Source of the DNA: Betaproteobacteria bacterium
GTDB lineage: Bacteria; Pseudomonadota; Gammaproteobacteria; Burkholderiales; Casimicrobiaceae
Reading direction: 5' to 3'
NCBI GenBank assembly: GCA_013298765.1
Contig: JAAFJA010000007.1
Coordinates: 1 to 64,000, forward strand
Length of the DNA stretch: 64,000 nt
Position 1 is the first letter of the stretch; each line of letters opens with the position of its first letter. The position numbers were made by a program, and so were the translations under genes. Shown here in pieces: positions 38,484-47,919 of this stretch. Under the pieces are notes generated by a model, which worked only from the letters and a program-made list of their open reading frames with translations, did no database searches and had not been told where the DNA came from.

Positions 38484-38915
38484 ATGCCCCAGAAGCCCAG
38501 GACGAACGTAAAGACCGCACTACAGCGTACGGTCGATTCGCTCGCGTCGCTCACGATTAGCGAGGCTGAATCGGCCGTGATGGAAGTGCTGTGGCATCGA
38601 CAACCGCAAGCTGCGGACGAGATCGTTGCCGCGCTTTCCAAGGAACGAGATTGGCAAGAGTCGACCGTGAAGACGCTTATCAATCGCCTATTAAAAAAAG
38701 GTGCGATCGATGCTGAACAAGACGGGCGACGCTATCTCTACCACCCGATCCTCAAGCGAGACGTTTGGCTTCGTTCGCAAAGCACGAACTTACTGGATCG
38801 GCTATTTGGCGGGAGGGTTGCGCCGTTGGTTGCGCACTTCAGCGAGCATCGAAAGTTGACGCGCGACGACATTGCCGAACTCAAGCGAATCGTTGCGAAG
38901 CTGGAGAAAAATTGA
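38484..38915 (+). CDS. BlaI/MecI/CopY-family transcriptional repressor
   Basis: 143 aa with a winged helix (ISEAESAVMEVLWHRQPQAADEIVAALSKERDWQESTVKTLINRLLKKGAI) and a C-terminal dimerisation helix. Confidence 0.85.
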   Translation: MPQKPRTNVKTALQRTVDSLASLTISEAESAVMEVLWHRQPQAADEIVAALSKERDWQESTVKTLINRLLKKGAIDAEQDGRRYLYHPILKRDVWLRSQSTNLLDRLFGGRVAPLVAHFSEHRKLTRDDIAELKRIVAKLEKN

Positions 38916-39943
38916 TGAGCCCATTTCTCGAAGCGTTCGTGCATCTGTGCATCGTCGTTACCGCCGCGATCGTCATCGTGCTTGGCTGTCGAGTCCCGTT
39001 GCGTTGCTATGCAGGCGCAAGCCTCGCGTATGCGACTTGGTTGCTGATTCCGGTCATGATCGTGGCGTTCGTGATCGCGAAAAGTATCCCAACTGCACCC
39101 TTCGGGTTGCCGATGCCCACCGCGATACAAGCGCCAACGATTCTGGCTTCTTCCCGGCAGATTACGTCACAAACTGATCTAGATGTCACGCAAGTACTGC
39201 TCGCTGCATGGTTGATCGGAATGTGTGCCATGGCCGCGCGGTTTGCGATACGCCAATACCGATTTGTTCGCAGCTTGGGTTCGCTAACACGTGAAGATTC
39301 GACTACTACTACAGCTCCTGTGCTCCGCGCCGCAAATACATCGACTGGGCCGTTGGTGCTTGGTTTGACTCGATCGCGAATTGTGATTCCCGCAGATTTC
39401 TACGAGCGCTACAACGAAGCGGAGCAGCGGCTGGTGATCTCCCACGAGTTAGCGCACATTAGCGGCGGCGATCTCTACGCAAATGCGTTGGCGACATTGA
39501 TGCAAATCGTGTTTTGGTTCAACCCACTTACTCATTTGGCTGCTTCGAGGATGCGTTTCGATCAAGAACTCGCATGCGACGCGCGAGTGCTACGCGCAAC
39601 GCATGACATTGCAGATCAAGCGAAAACGTACGCAGCCGCCGTGTTGAAAACAGCGCTACCGAAACACGCGTCTCCGCTTGCCTGTCACTGGCATTCCCGC
39701 CACCCCTTGAACGAAAGGATACTCAGCATGACTGCTCCTAAACCTCTCACAGCATCGCGCCGTGCAGCTCAGATCGGGCTGACTGCGCTAGTTGCCGCTT
39801 GCTGCTACGGCGCGCTCGCGTTTGCAAACAACACTCCAAAAACGGGTGAAGGTCAGTATCGGATTGATTTTCTCTACACGAGCTACACCTTCGACTCTGC
39901 GTCCGATCTCACGCGACGTAGAAGTAGCTTTAGCATGATTTAG
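38915..39943 (+). CDS. M56-family (BlaR1-like) membrane metallopeptidase / signal transducer
   Basis: 342 aa with N-terminal TM helices and the HEXXH motif (ISHELAHISGGD). Its start overlaps the blaI stop. It ends at TAG 39941-39943, and the same frame stays open for a further 79 codons. Confidence 0.85.
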   Translation: MSPFLEAFVHLCIVVTAAIVIVLGCRVPLRCYAGASLAYATWLLIPVMIVAFVIAKSIPTAPFGLPMPTAIQAPTILASSRQITSQTDLDVTQVLLAAWLIGMCAMAARFAIRQYRFVRSLGSLTREDSTTTTAPVLRAANTSTGPLVLGLTRSRIVIPADFYERYNEAEQRLVISHELAHISGGDLYANALATLMQIVFWFNPLTHLAASRMRFDQELACDARVLRATHDIADQAKTYAAAVLKTALPKHASPLACHWHSRHPLNERILSMTAPKPLTASRRAAQIGLTALVAACCYGALAFANNTPKTGEGQYRIDFLYTSYTFDSASDLTRRRSSFSMI

Positions 39944-40183
39944 GATATCGGAAAACCGTCCGTCTTCAAGCCAGCGAAAGATAGTGCATGCGAGTTCTCG
40001 TTTACGGTGACTCCACTGAAAGACGATTTAGTACAAATTGACGCGCCTTTCGTATGCGATGGCAAAGAATCGCACCCGAAAATGGTCACCCAACTCGGCA
40101 AACTCTCGTCTATCGAAACAACGGTCGGCGAGATCGGATCAACCAGGACCGTTCATAACGTAACCATGACGGTGACTCGCTGA
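39944..40183 (+). other. in-frame open continuation (79 codons) of the M56 gene beyond its amber stop; a possible disrupted C-terminal domain or pseudogene fragment
   Basis: It translates as DIGKPSVFKPAKDSACEFSFTVTPLKDDLVQIDAPFVCDGKESHPKMVTQLGKLSSIETTVGEIGSTRTVHNVTMTVTR* without internal stops. GC is about 48%. Confidence 0.3.
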
Positions 40184-40287
40184 ACTCGCGCGAACAGTTA
40201 CACAAGAAATAGTCAGCGTCATTCTGCGAAATCAGCGTAATCCGCGTCAAAGGAATCAACGCGCCGAAGCGCTATTGAATCCCGCTG

Positions 40288-40332
40288 AACCCCAACCCAC
40301 CCTAACCCTCCCCTTGAAGGGGAGGCATCAAT
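40288..40332. repeat. REP-like GC-rich element (ccctccccttgaaggggagg)
   Basis: Its core is the same as the 7812-7830 element. It lies upstream of ppc. Confidence 0.65.
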
Positions 40333-40377
40333 ATGCGGTAGTTTGCGGTAGTGCTGCATTGCAGCATAATCAGCCGC

Positions 40378-43119
40378 ATGAACGTCACCGCCGCTCCCCT
40401 CCCTACTTCCGAAGACAAAGAAGCGCTCTTGAAGGCCGACACCCGTTTGGTGGGTCGGCTGTTGGGCGACATCATTCGCGAACAGCGCGGTAGCGCGACA
40501 TTCGAAACGATTGAGGCGATTCGAAAAGAGTCGGTTCGTCTGCACAAGGAAGGCGTGTCGCATCGTTCGATGGACGCATTGCTTTCCGATTTGACGATCG
40601 AGCAAACGCTTGATGTGGTGCGCGGCTTCACGTATTTTTCGCACCTCGCCAATATTGCCGAAGACGTGCAACAGAATCGTCGTCGTCGCTTCCATAAACG
40701 TAGCGGCTCTGCGCCACAAGTCGGCTCGCTCGCGGCGGCGTTCGAACATTTGAAGGCGGCTCAAATTTCAGGCAGCGAGATTTGGCATTGCCTCTCGCGC
40801 GCGAACGTGAGCCCGACGCTCACCGCGCATCCGACCGAGATCAAACGCCAGAGCATTCTGGATACGGAGCGTGCGATCACGAAAACGCTCGCGGGTGACG
40901 AGGATGAGCGTGAAGAAATTTTGAAGCGCTTCATTCTGCAAATGTGGCAGACCGCGATGCTTCGGCTCACCAAGTTGCGCGTTCGCGATGAGATTGACAA
41001 CGCACTTTCATATTTCCGGGCGAGCTTCCTCTCCGAAGTGCCGCGATTGATGAAGCACACCATCGACGCGCTTGAAAAGCATGATGGCACGCAAGCCGAG
41101 TTGCCCGCGTTTTTCAAAGTCGGGATGTGGATTGGCGGCGATCGTGATGGCAATCCGTTTGTCACCGCAGAAACGCTCGACTACGTGATCGATACGCAAA
41201 GCGAATTAGCGTTGTCGCATTACTTGAACGAGCTACACACGCTCGGCGCCGAACTTGCGATGTCTTCGCGGGTGGTGGAAGTCACGCCTGCGCTACAAAA
41301 CCTCGCCGAGCGCGGTCATGATGATTCGCCGTTTCGCTCCGACGAGCCGTATCGCCGCGCGATCACGGGAATGTATGCGCGCCTGTCGCTCACTTATGAA
41401 GCGATCGTCAAGAAACCGTTCTTCCGACCAGCTCGGGCGACTAACGCTCAATCCTATTCGGCTGCAGGTGAATTTGAAGATGATCTCGAAATCATTGCAG
41501 AATCACTTCGAGCCCATGGTTCTTTGGGGATTGCTCAACAAAGGCTTCTGCCCCTAAAGAACGCGGTGCAGATTTTTGGCTTTCATCTTGCGCCGATCGA
41601 TTTGCGTCAGAACTCTGCCGTGCACGAGAGTGTGATCGCTGAGTTGCTTGCTGGCTGCGGCGTCTGCGAGAACTACGCCTTGCTCCCCGAGGCCGAAAAA
41701 GTCGCGTTGCTCACGCGCGAACTGAACACGGCTCGCCTCTTGTCATCACCGTATTTGAAGCTCTCCGAAGTCGCGTTATCTGAGCTTGCAATTTTCCGTC
41801 GTGCGGCCGAAGTGCACGCGCGCTTTGGCGCGGCCGCGATTCCGCGGATGATTATTTCGAAGGGCGAATCGCTCTCTGATTTGCTTGAAGTTGCCACGCT
41901 TTGCAAAGAGGTCGGCCTCGCGCGCGGCGGCGAAATGCCGCATCTGGCGGTGGCAATCGTGCCGCTGTTTGAAACCATTGAAGACTTGCAAAACGCGCCG
42001 CGCGTGATGGCTGAGGCCTTCGCGCATCCGCTCTATCGTCGCTGGATTCGCGCGCAAGCCGATGCGCAAGAAATCATGTTGGGCTACAGCGATAGCAACA
42101 AAGATGGCGGCTATTTCACTGCGAACTGGTCGCTCTACCGCGCGCAGCAGTCGCTCGTGGAATGCTTCGCGAAACACGGCGTTCGCCTCTGCTTGTTCCA
42201 CGGTCGTGGCGGCAGTATTGGTCGCGGCGGTGGCCCGAGCTACGACGCTATTCGCGCGCAACCTGCAGGTGCTGTGAACGGATTTCTTCGCCTAACCGAA
42301 CAAGGTGAAATCATCTCGAGCAAATACGGTGACCCCGAGCTCGCGCAGCGGAATTTGGAAACACTCCTGGCTGCCGTGCTGGAAAGCACCTTGTTGCCGA
42401 ACTTGACGACTGATGCTGCGCAGGCGAGACGTTTCGAGGCTATCGCAGAAAAATTGAGCGGCTTTGCGTTTCACGCTTACCGCGATCTTGTTTACGGCGA
42501 CGACGGTTTCGTCACCTATTTCCGCGAGAGCACTCCGATCAAAGAAATTGCCGAGCTCAATATCGGCTCTCGCCCTGCGTCACGCAAGGCGAGCCCAGCG
42601 ATCACTGATTTGCGCGCCATTCCTTGGGTGTTTTCCTGGGCGCAAGCGCGTATCGCGCTGCCCGGTTGGTTTGGCTTTGGTAGCGCGGTTGAAAAACTGC
42701 TCGCTGACGATCCAAAAGCCATCGACGATCTTCGCGCCATGGCAAAAGAATGGCCGTTCTTCAAAACCATTCTCTCGAACCTGGGCATGGTGCTCGCGAA
42801 AACCGATTTGCAGATCGGCGAAGCCTATGCCTCGCTCGTGCAAGACGCGACGATTCGCGAACGCGTCTGGTCGCAGATCAAAGCCGAATGGCATCGTTGC
42901 CGCGACGCCTACGTTCAGATTGTTGGCGCCGAACCGCTCGCCGACAACGCCACACTCGCCCGCTCGATCCGCAATCGATTCCCGTATCTCGACCCGCTCA
43001 ATCACGTGCAAATCGAATTGATCCGCCGCGTACGCTCGGGCGACGTGGAAGAGCGCACCAAGCGCGCGTTGCATTTGACGATCAACGGGCTTGCGGCGGG
43101 GTTGCGGAATACGGGGTGA
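40378..43119 (+). CDS. ppc: phosphoenolpyruvate carboxylase
   Basis: About 913 aa. Hallmarks are VLTAHPTE, GYSDSNKDGG, and FHGRGGSIGRGGGP followed by a C-terminal ...NTG. The start was chosen at MNVTAAPLP. Confidence 0.95.
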   Translation: MNVTAAPLPTSEDKEALLKADTRLVGRLLGDIIREQRGSATFETIEAIRKESVRLHKEGVSHRSMDALLSDLTIEQTLDVVRGFTYFSHLANIAEDVQQNRRRRFHKRSGSAPQVGSLAAAFEHLKAAQISGSEIWHCLSRANVSPTLTAHPTEIKRQSILDTERAITKTLAGDEDEREEILKRFILQMWQTAMLRLTKLRVRDEIDNALSYFRASFLSEVPRLMKHTIDALEKHDGTQAELPAFFKVGMWIGGDRDGNPFVTAETLDYVIDTQSELALSHYLNELHTLGAELAMSSRVVEVTPALQNLAERGHDDSPFRSDEPYRRAITGMYARLSLTYEAIVKKPFFRPARATNAQSYSAAGEFEDDLEIIAESLRAHGSLGIAQQRLLPLKNAVQIFGFHLAPIDLRQNSAVHESVIAELLAGCGVCENYALLPEAEKVALLTRELNTARLLSSPYLKLSEVALSELAIFRRAAEVHARFGAAAIPRMIISKGESLSDLLEVATLCKEVGLARGGEMPHLAVAIVPLFETIEDLQNAPRVMAEAFAHPLYRRWIRAQADAQEIMLGYSDSNKDGGYFTANWSLYRAQQSLVECFAKHGVRLCLFHGRGGSIGRGGGPSYDAIRAQPAGAVNGFLRLTEQGEIISSKYGDPELAQRNLETLLAAVLESTLLPNLTTDAAQARRFEAIAEKLSGFAFHAYRDLVYGDDGFVTYFRESTPIKEIAELNIGSRPASRKASPAITDLRAIPWVFSWAQARIALPGWFGFGSAVEKLLADDPKAIDDLRAMAKEWPFFKTILSNLGMVLAKTDLQIGEAYASLVQDATIRERVWSQIKAEWHRCRDAYVQIVGAEPLADNATLARSIRNRFPYLDPLNHVQIELIRRVRSGDVEERTKRALHLTINGLAAGLRNTG

Positions 43120-43410
43120 TACCACGCGCATGCGCGATGCGGATTGCGCTACGACGTTATGAATCCTTTACATGTCTTGCAGTTGTCCGCCGCCCGACAA
43201 TCGCTGCTCCCTTCGTTCATTCTTTGGATTTAATTGTTTGAGACGATTCTGACCAAGCGGTTTGAGCGCCTACTATACTTCGCAACAGTGCCTTCTGCGT
43301 CCGTCGAGTTTCTTACGATATTGCGCGAATTGTTTTGAACGGCAGCGCTGTATCGTTTGAACGCTGATGCTGGCGGCGCGAGCGATTAGCATTTTTCGGG
43401 GGGTATACCA

Positions 43411-45537
43411 ATGAAACGCGTCTTTTATCGTCTGCACATCATGCGGACGCTCATGACCCTTGCCGTAAGCGCGGGTCTCGGATTGATATCAAGTATTGTC
43501 GGCGCTCAAACCGTCATTAACGCAACGCTCGGGAGCGCGCCGCCTACGGGCTCCAACTACACCGCGAGCAGTGGGACACAAACGGGTCGTCTGCTGCGCA
43601 ACGGAACAGCCTCCACCTGCGCAGCGCCGAAGACGAATCCAGGTTTGAACGACACCGACCCGGGTCGGGCGTATCACGCCTACACGTTCACGAACACAGC
43701 AAGTAGCGCGGTCTGCTTTACGGTGACTTTGACGCAGCCGGGTAACACGCTGTTTGTATTGGCATACGGTAACGCGGGTCTCGTTACTTCGGCGCCCGAT
43801 ACGAACTACCTTGCAGACGCCGGATCCTCTACCGCAACCGCAACCTTCAGTTTCAATGTGCCAGCGGGCGAGAGCTTTACGCTGGCGGTGCACGAAGTCG
43901 CTGCGGGAGGAGGGGGAGGGACGGCTTACACACTCTCCGTGAACTTGCCATCCGCCGATCTCGCGATTACTAAAACCGATGGCGTTACCACCGCCGTGCC
44001 GGGCGGCTCGGTCACCTATACAGTCACAGCTAGCAACGCTGGACCCGGAAGTGCCAACGGTGCGACGGTCGCTGATACCTTTCCGGCTGCGCTCACCTGT
44101 ACCTGGACTTGCGCAGGCGCGGGCGGTGGAACTTGCACAGCATCGGGCTCCGGAAACATCAACGACACCGTAAATCTCCCGACTGGCGGCTCTGTAAGCT
44201 ACACCGCATCTTGTGCCATCTCTGCCTCAGCAACGGGAACGCTCAGCAACACCGCCACGGTGTCGCCGCCCGCTGGCGTTGTTGATCCGAACCCTGCGAA
44301 TAACAGCGCGACGGACACCGACACGCTAACGCCAAGCGCCGACCTCGCAGTCACGAAGACCGATGGCGTTACAACTGTGACAGCCGGCACCTCTACGACG
44401 TACACGATTACGGCCAGCAACGCCGGGCCTAGCAATGCTCTCGGAGCCACTGTGGCCGATACGTTTCCGGCGTCGCTCACCTGTACGTGGACTTGCGTAG
44501 GTGTTGGCGGCGGCTCGTGCACTGCATCGGGCTCCGGAAACATCAACAACAACGTGAATTTACCCGCCGGGGGTTCGGTAACCTACACCGCAACCTGCGG
44601 CATCGCTGCAACGGCAACTGGATCGTTAAGCAATACCGCCACCGTGACGGCGCCCGGTAGCGTCGTTGATCCGAACCCTGCGAATAACAGCGCAACGGAT
44701 ACCGACACGATCATCGCGGCGACCTACACCATTGGCGGCACAATTTCCGGACTCAGTGCGAGCGGTTTGGTGCTCGCGGCAGGCACGTCGCCCAATCAAA
44801 CGGCGTCTCCCGCTTCTGGTGCGAGCAGCTTCGCATTCCCGACTGCGGCATCCGGAAGCTATGCGGTCACTGTGCAAACGCAGCCAAGCGGATTGAACTG
44901 CAGTGTTGCAAACGGTAGCGGCACACTTACGGCCAACGTAACCAACGTAGCGGTGACTTGTTCGGCGATCACATTCACGGTGACCGGCATCGCGAATCCT
45001 TCGGCAGGCGGAACGGTGAATTGCGTTTCTCCGGTGAACTTTGGTGGCAGCAGCTCCTGCAATGCGAGCGCGAACGCCGGGTACGTGTTTTCGAGTTTCA
45101 GCGGCGGGTGCGTGGGAAGCACTTGCGCAATTAGCAATATTCAGGCGAATCAATCAGTCACCGCAAATTTCTTGCTAACTCAAACGATCACGTTTGGCAC
45201 TCAAACGCCGCGCGCACTGATCGCCGGGGGTTCGTTCCTGCTGAACCCTGTTGCAACTGCGAGCAGCGCTCTGCCGCTCGCCTACTCATCGCTTACGCCC
45301 TCTGTGTGTACCGTTTCTGGAACGACCGTGACCATGTTTACAGCTGGCACCTGCACCGTCAGGGCCGATCAAGCGGGTAATGCGCAGTTCGCGTCCGCTT
45401 TCGCTACGCAATCCTTCGTCATTGGCGCAGCCGCGGCCGCAACCCAGGTGCCTTCACTGCCGGTTGGGTGGGTCATCGCCCTAGCGCTATTGCTCATCGC
45501 GGCGGGTGTGATCGTTCAACGTGCGAAACGAACGTAG
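43411..45537 (+). CDS. DUF11-repeat surface protein with an IPTL-CTERM-type C-terminal sorting signal
   Basis: 708 aa with a signal peptide. There are three repeats of about 125 aa (LAITKTDGVT...TASNAGP...DPNPANNSATDTDT), which are DUF11/CARDB-like. The C-terminus VPSLPVGWVIALALLLIAAGVIVQRAKRT matches the IPTL-CTERM pattern: the motif, a TM helix, then a basic tail. Confidence 0.8.
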   Translation: MKRVFYRLHIMRTLMTLAVSAGLGLISSIVGAQTVINATLGSAPPTGSNYTASSGTQTGRLLRNGTASTCAAPKTNPGLNDTDPGRAYHAYTFTNTASSAVCFTVTLTQPGNTLFVLAYGNAGLVTSAPDTNYLADAGSSTATATFSFNVPAGESFTLAVHEVAAGGGGGTAYTLSVNLPSADLAITKTDGVTTAVPGGSVTYTVTASNAGPGSANGATVADTFPAALTCTWTCAGAGGGTCTASGSGNINDTVNLPTGGSVSYTASCAISASATGTLSNTATVSPPAGVVDPNPANNSATDTDTLTPSADLAVTKTDGVTTVTAGTSTTYTITASNAGPSNALGATVADTFPASLTCTWTCVGVGGGSCTASGSGNINNNVNLPAGGSVTYTATCGIAATATGSLSNTATVTAPGSVVDPNPANNSATDTDTIIAATYTIGGTISGLSASGLVLAAGTSPNQTASPASGASSFAFPTAASGSYAVTVQTQPSGLNCSVANGSGTLTANVTNVAVTCSAITFTVTGIANPSAGGTVNCVSPVNFGGSSSCNASANAGYVFSSFSGGCVGSTCAISNIQANQSVTANFLLTQTITFGTQTPRALIAGGSFLLNPVATASSALPLAYSSLTPSVCTVSGTTVTMFTAGTCTVRADQAGNAQFASAFATQSFVIGAAAAATQVPSLPVGWVIALALLLIAAGVIVQRAKRT
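43957..44710 (+). repeat. tandem direct DNA repeats of about 380 bp, two full copies, encoding the DUF11 domains
   Basis: The protein repeats are about 80% identical. The DNA copies are 43957-44340 and 44341-44710. Confidence 0.7.
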
Positions 45538-45616
45538 CACGTTGCATGGGCTTCGGATGTGATCGCGCCCGTTCAGCCGGGCTCGCCGCCACATAGACGC
45601 AAGCCAGATTGAACCG

Positions 45617-45643
45617 TAAAGAAGGGGCGCCAGCCCCTTTTTT
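45617..45643 (+). terminator. rho-independent terminator (gaaggggcgccagcccctttttt)
   Basis: A GC stem (GGGGC / GCCCC) is followed by a T6 run. It lies 80 nt after the DUF11 gene stop. Confidence 0.7.
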
Positions 45644-45689
45644 GCGGAACGCGCACTGTAGAAGACGATGACGTGAGCGAAGTCCGATG

Positions 45690-45980
45690 CCTAACGCTCG
45701 GCGGAAGCGAACTCGGTAAGACGCTGTTGTGGCGAGGGCGCAGTACATCGTGCGCCGATGCTGAAACTCGATTGATCTCGGCATGGAAGGTTCCCGCGAA
45801 GCGATTTGCTTACCCCGTGGGTGTCGTGAACGGCTTTCTGCGCCGTTCCGAGCACAGCAAAGCCACTTCCAGTAAATACCGCGATCCAGATCTCGTGCAG
45901 CGAAACTTAGAAACGCCGTTCGCGACTGTACTCGAAAGCACGTCGATCGAAAAAATCGCGGACCTCAGCATCGGCTGACA
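45690..45980 (+). pseudogene. decayed fragment of a ppc paralogue/duplicate (PEP carboxylase C-terminal region)
   Basis: Its translation PVGVVNGFLRRSEHSKATSSKYRDPDLVQRNLETPFATVLESTS...IEKIADLSIG aligns to Ppc residues PAGAVNGFLRLTEQGEIISSKYGDPELAQRNLETLLAAVLESTL...IKEIAELNIG. The nucleotide sequences are clearly homologous at about 70% identity. The fragment is truncated and has internal deletions. Confidence 0.65.
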
Positions 45981-46094
45981 GTCATCATCGCGTTTGCTCT
46001 CCGCCCTACTAAGTGGGCGCTAGCGCAAGAAAAATGCATTAACGAGAATCGCGAATAACGCCTTGTAGCCCCAATTAATGTGAGCTCGGTGAGC

Positions 46095-47255
46095 CTATCC
46101 TGCTATGCACAACACGCTCTTCACAAGACGCGCATTGGCAAGCGCTTCATCAAGCGTCGCCGCGGTACAGGTGACGTGCCCCATCTTTCGCGCGCGTCGC
46201 GGTTCGGCCTTGCCGTAGAGATGCAAGTGTGCTCCAGGAATCGCGAGCACGTCGTTCCACGCCGGCTGCATGGGCGTTTCAGCGTCGAACCAGACATCGC
46301 CGAGCACATTCACCATCACCGCCGGTTGAATGAGCGAGGTGTCGCCGAGCGGCGCACCTGCGAGGATACGCGCTTGCTGTTCGAACTGTGAAGTTACGCA
46401 GGCTTCAATCGTGTAATGACCGCTGTTATGCGGGCGCGGCGCGATCTCGTTCAGCAAGAGTTCGCCTGACTTCGCGACGAACATTTCAACGCAGAGCACG
46501 CCAACGTAATCAAGCGCGGTGACGAGTTGCTTTGCGAGCGACTGCGCGCGAGCGCTGATGTTTGCTGCGATGCGCGCAGGAACAATCGTGAGATCAAGAA
46601 TGCCGTTGGCGTGTTCGTTTTCCTGCACAGGCCACACGCCTACATCGCCATCAGCGCCGCGCGCCACGAGCACAGAAATTTCCATGTCGAACGCAATCAG
46701 CGCTTCGAGCATGCACGGTACGGCCTTCATCTTTGCGAACGCGGCGAGCGCCTCTTCGAGGTTTGCAACCCGCGCCTGGCCCTTACCGTCGTAGCCGAGG
46801 GTTGCCGTTTTCAGAATGCCTGGAAAAAGCGAAGCCGCTACAGCACGCAGATCGGATTCGGATTCGATCGCAGCGAACGCACCCACTGGCAAACCGCTTT
46901 TTGCGAAGAACGTCTTTTCCAGCCGACGATCTTGTGCAACGCGTACGGCAGCAGCGCTCGGTCGGGTTGGAATTTTCTGCGCGAGGCGTTCGAGCGCGGC
47001 GGCCGGAACGTTCTCAAATTCGGTGGTGACTGCTGAAACGCGTAAAGCGAGTGCATCAACCGCTTTCAAGTCGTCATAGTTGGCAGCGATCACATCATTG
47101 GCAGCTTGTGCGGCCGGGCCGTTGGCATCCGGATCAAGTACGACCACGTGATAGCCCATGGCTTGCGCGGCATGCACGAACATGCGACCCAACTGACCGC
47201 CACCCATGCAGCCCAACCAGGCACCCGGCGGCAGCGTGCTCGCACTAGCGCCCAT
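46095..47255 (-). CDS. purK: N5-carboxyaminoimidazole ribonucleotide synthase
   Basis: 386 aa with an ATP-grasp fold. The N-terminus GCMGGGQLGRM matches PurK's LGNGQLGRM. Its start overlaps the purE stop (TGATG). Confidence 0.9.
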   Translation of the reverse strand: MGASASTLPPGAWLGCMGGGQLGRMFVHAAQAMGYHVVVLDPDANGPAAQAANDVIAANYDDLKAVDALALRVSAVTTEFENVPAAALERLAQKIPTRPSAAAVRVAQDRRLEKTFFAKSGLPVGAFAAIESESDLRAVAASLFPGILKTATLGYDGKGQARVANLEEALAAFAKMKAVPCMLEALIAFDMEISVLVARGADGDVGVWPVQENEHANGILDLTIVPARIAANISARAQSLAKQLVTALDYVGVLCVEMFVAKSGELLLNEIAPRPHNSGHYTIEACVTSQFEQQARILAGAPLGDTSLIQPAVMVNVLGDVWFDAETPMQPAWNDVLAIPGAHLHLYGKAEPRRARKMGHVTCTAATLDEALANARLVKSVLCIAG

Positions 47256-47770
47256 CAGTGTTTTTCAGTAATGAGCGGCGGCACGATCATTGAGCGCGCC
47301 GACGCTGTTTGCTCATCACGGAATGACGCGAGCTGCTGCGTCAAAGATCGATTAGAGATGCCGAGCATAGCAACGGCGAAAAGCCCCGCATTTGCCGCGC
47401 CCGCTTCACCAATGGCAAAGGTTGCAACCGGTACGCCCTTTGGCATTTGCACGATGGAGAGCAGGGAGTCTTCGCCACGCAAGTATTTCGACGGAACAGG
47501 AACGCCGAGCACGGGAACAGTCGTTTTCGCCGCGATCATTCCGGGGAGGTGCGCCGCGCCACCCGCCCCCGCGATGATCACCTTGATACCGCGATCCGCT
47601 GCAGTTTCGGCGTAGGCAAACATATCGTCGGGCGTACGATGCGCCGAGACGACTTTAGCCTCAAAGCTCACGCCAAAGCGTTCGAGCATATCCGTCGCGT
47701 GTTTCATCACCTCCCAATCGGAAGACGATCCCATCACGACGCCCACTATTGCGTGATCCCCGTTTTGCAT
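47255..47770 (-). CDS. purE: N5-carboxyaminoimidazole ribonucleotide mutase
   Basis: Core PurE motifs are [11 protein letters not shown] and [10 protein letters not shown]. The start was chosen at MQNGDH. The ORF track extends it to 47791. Confidence 0.9.
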   Translation of the reverse strand: MQNGDHAIVGVVMGSSSDWEVMKHATDMLERFGVSFEAKVVSAHRTPDDMFAYAETAADRGIKVIIAGAGGAAHLPGMIAAKTTVPVLGVPVPSKYLRGEDSLLSIVQMPKGVPVATFAIGEAGAANAGLFAVAMLGISNRSLTQQLASFRDEQTASARSMIVPPLITEKH

Positions 47771-47919
47771 GCCGCGATTGTAGCTACGCACCGATTCCTC
47801 AAGGCTTTATCCCTGATGGGCGCTCGCGGCGTTGCGAATTCGCCCCTCGCGGCGCGTTCTTAGGGGGCGCACGGGAAGTCGATGTAGTCCGCTCGCACCG
47901 ATTCGCAGAAAATATCGGT

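Noticed and set aside
47255-47791. Longer purE start at 47791 ([13 protein letters not shown]...)
   Set aside because: PurE family proteins begin close to the GxxMGSxSD motif, so the downstream ATG (47770) is more plausible. The longer form cannot be excluded.
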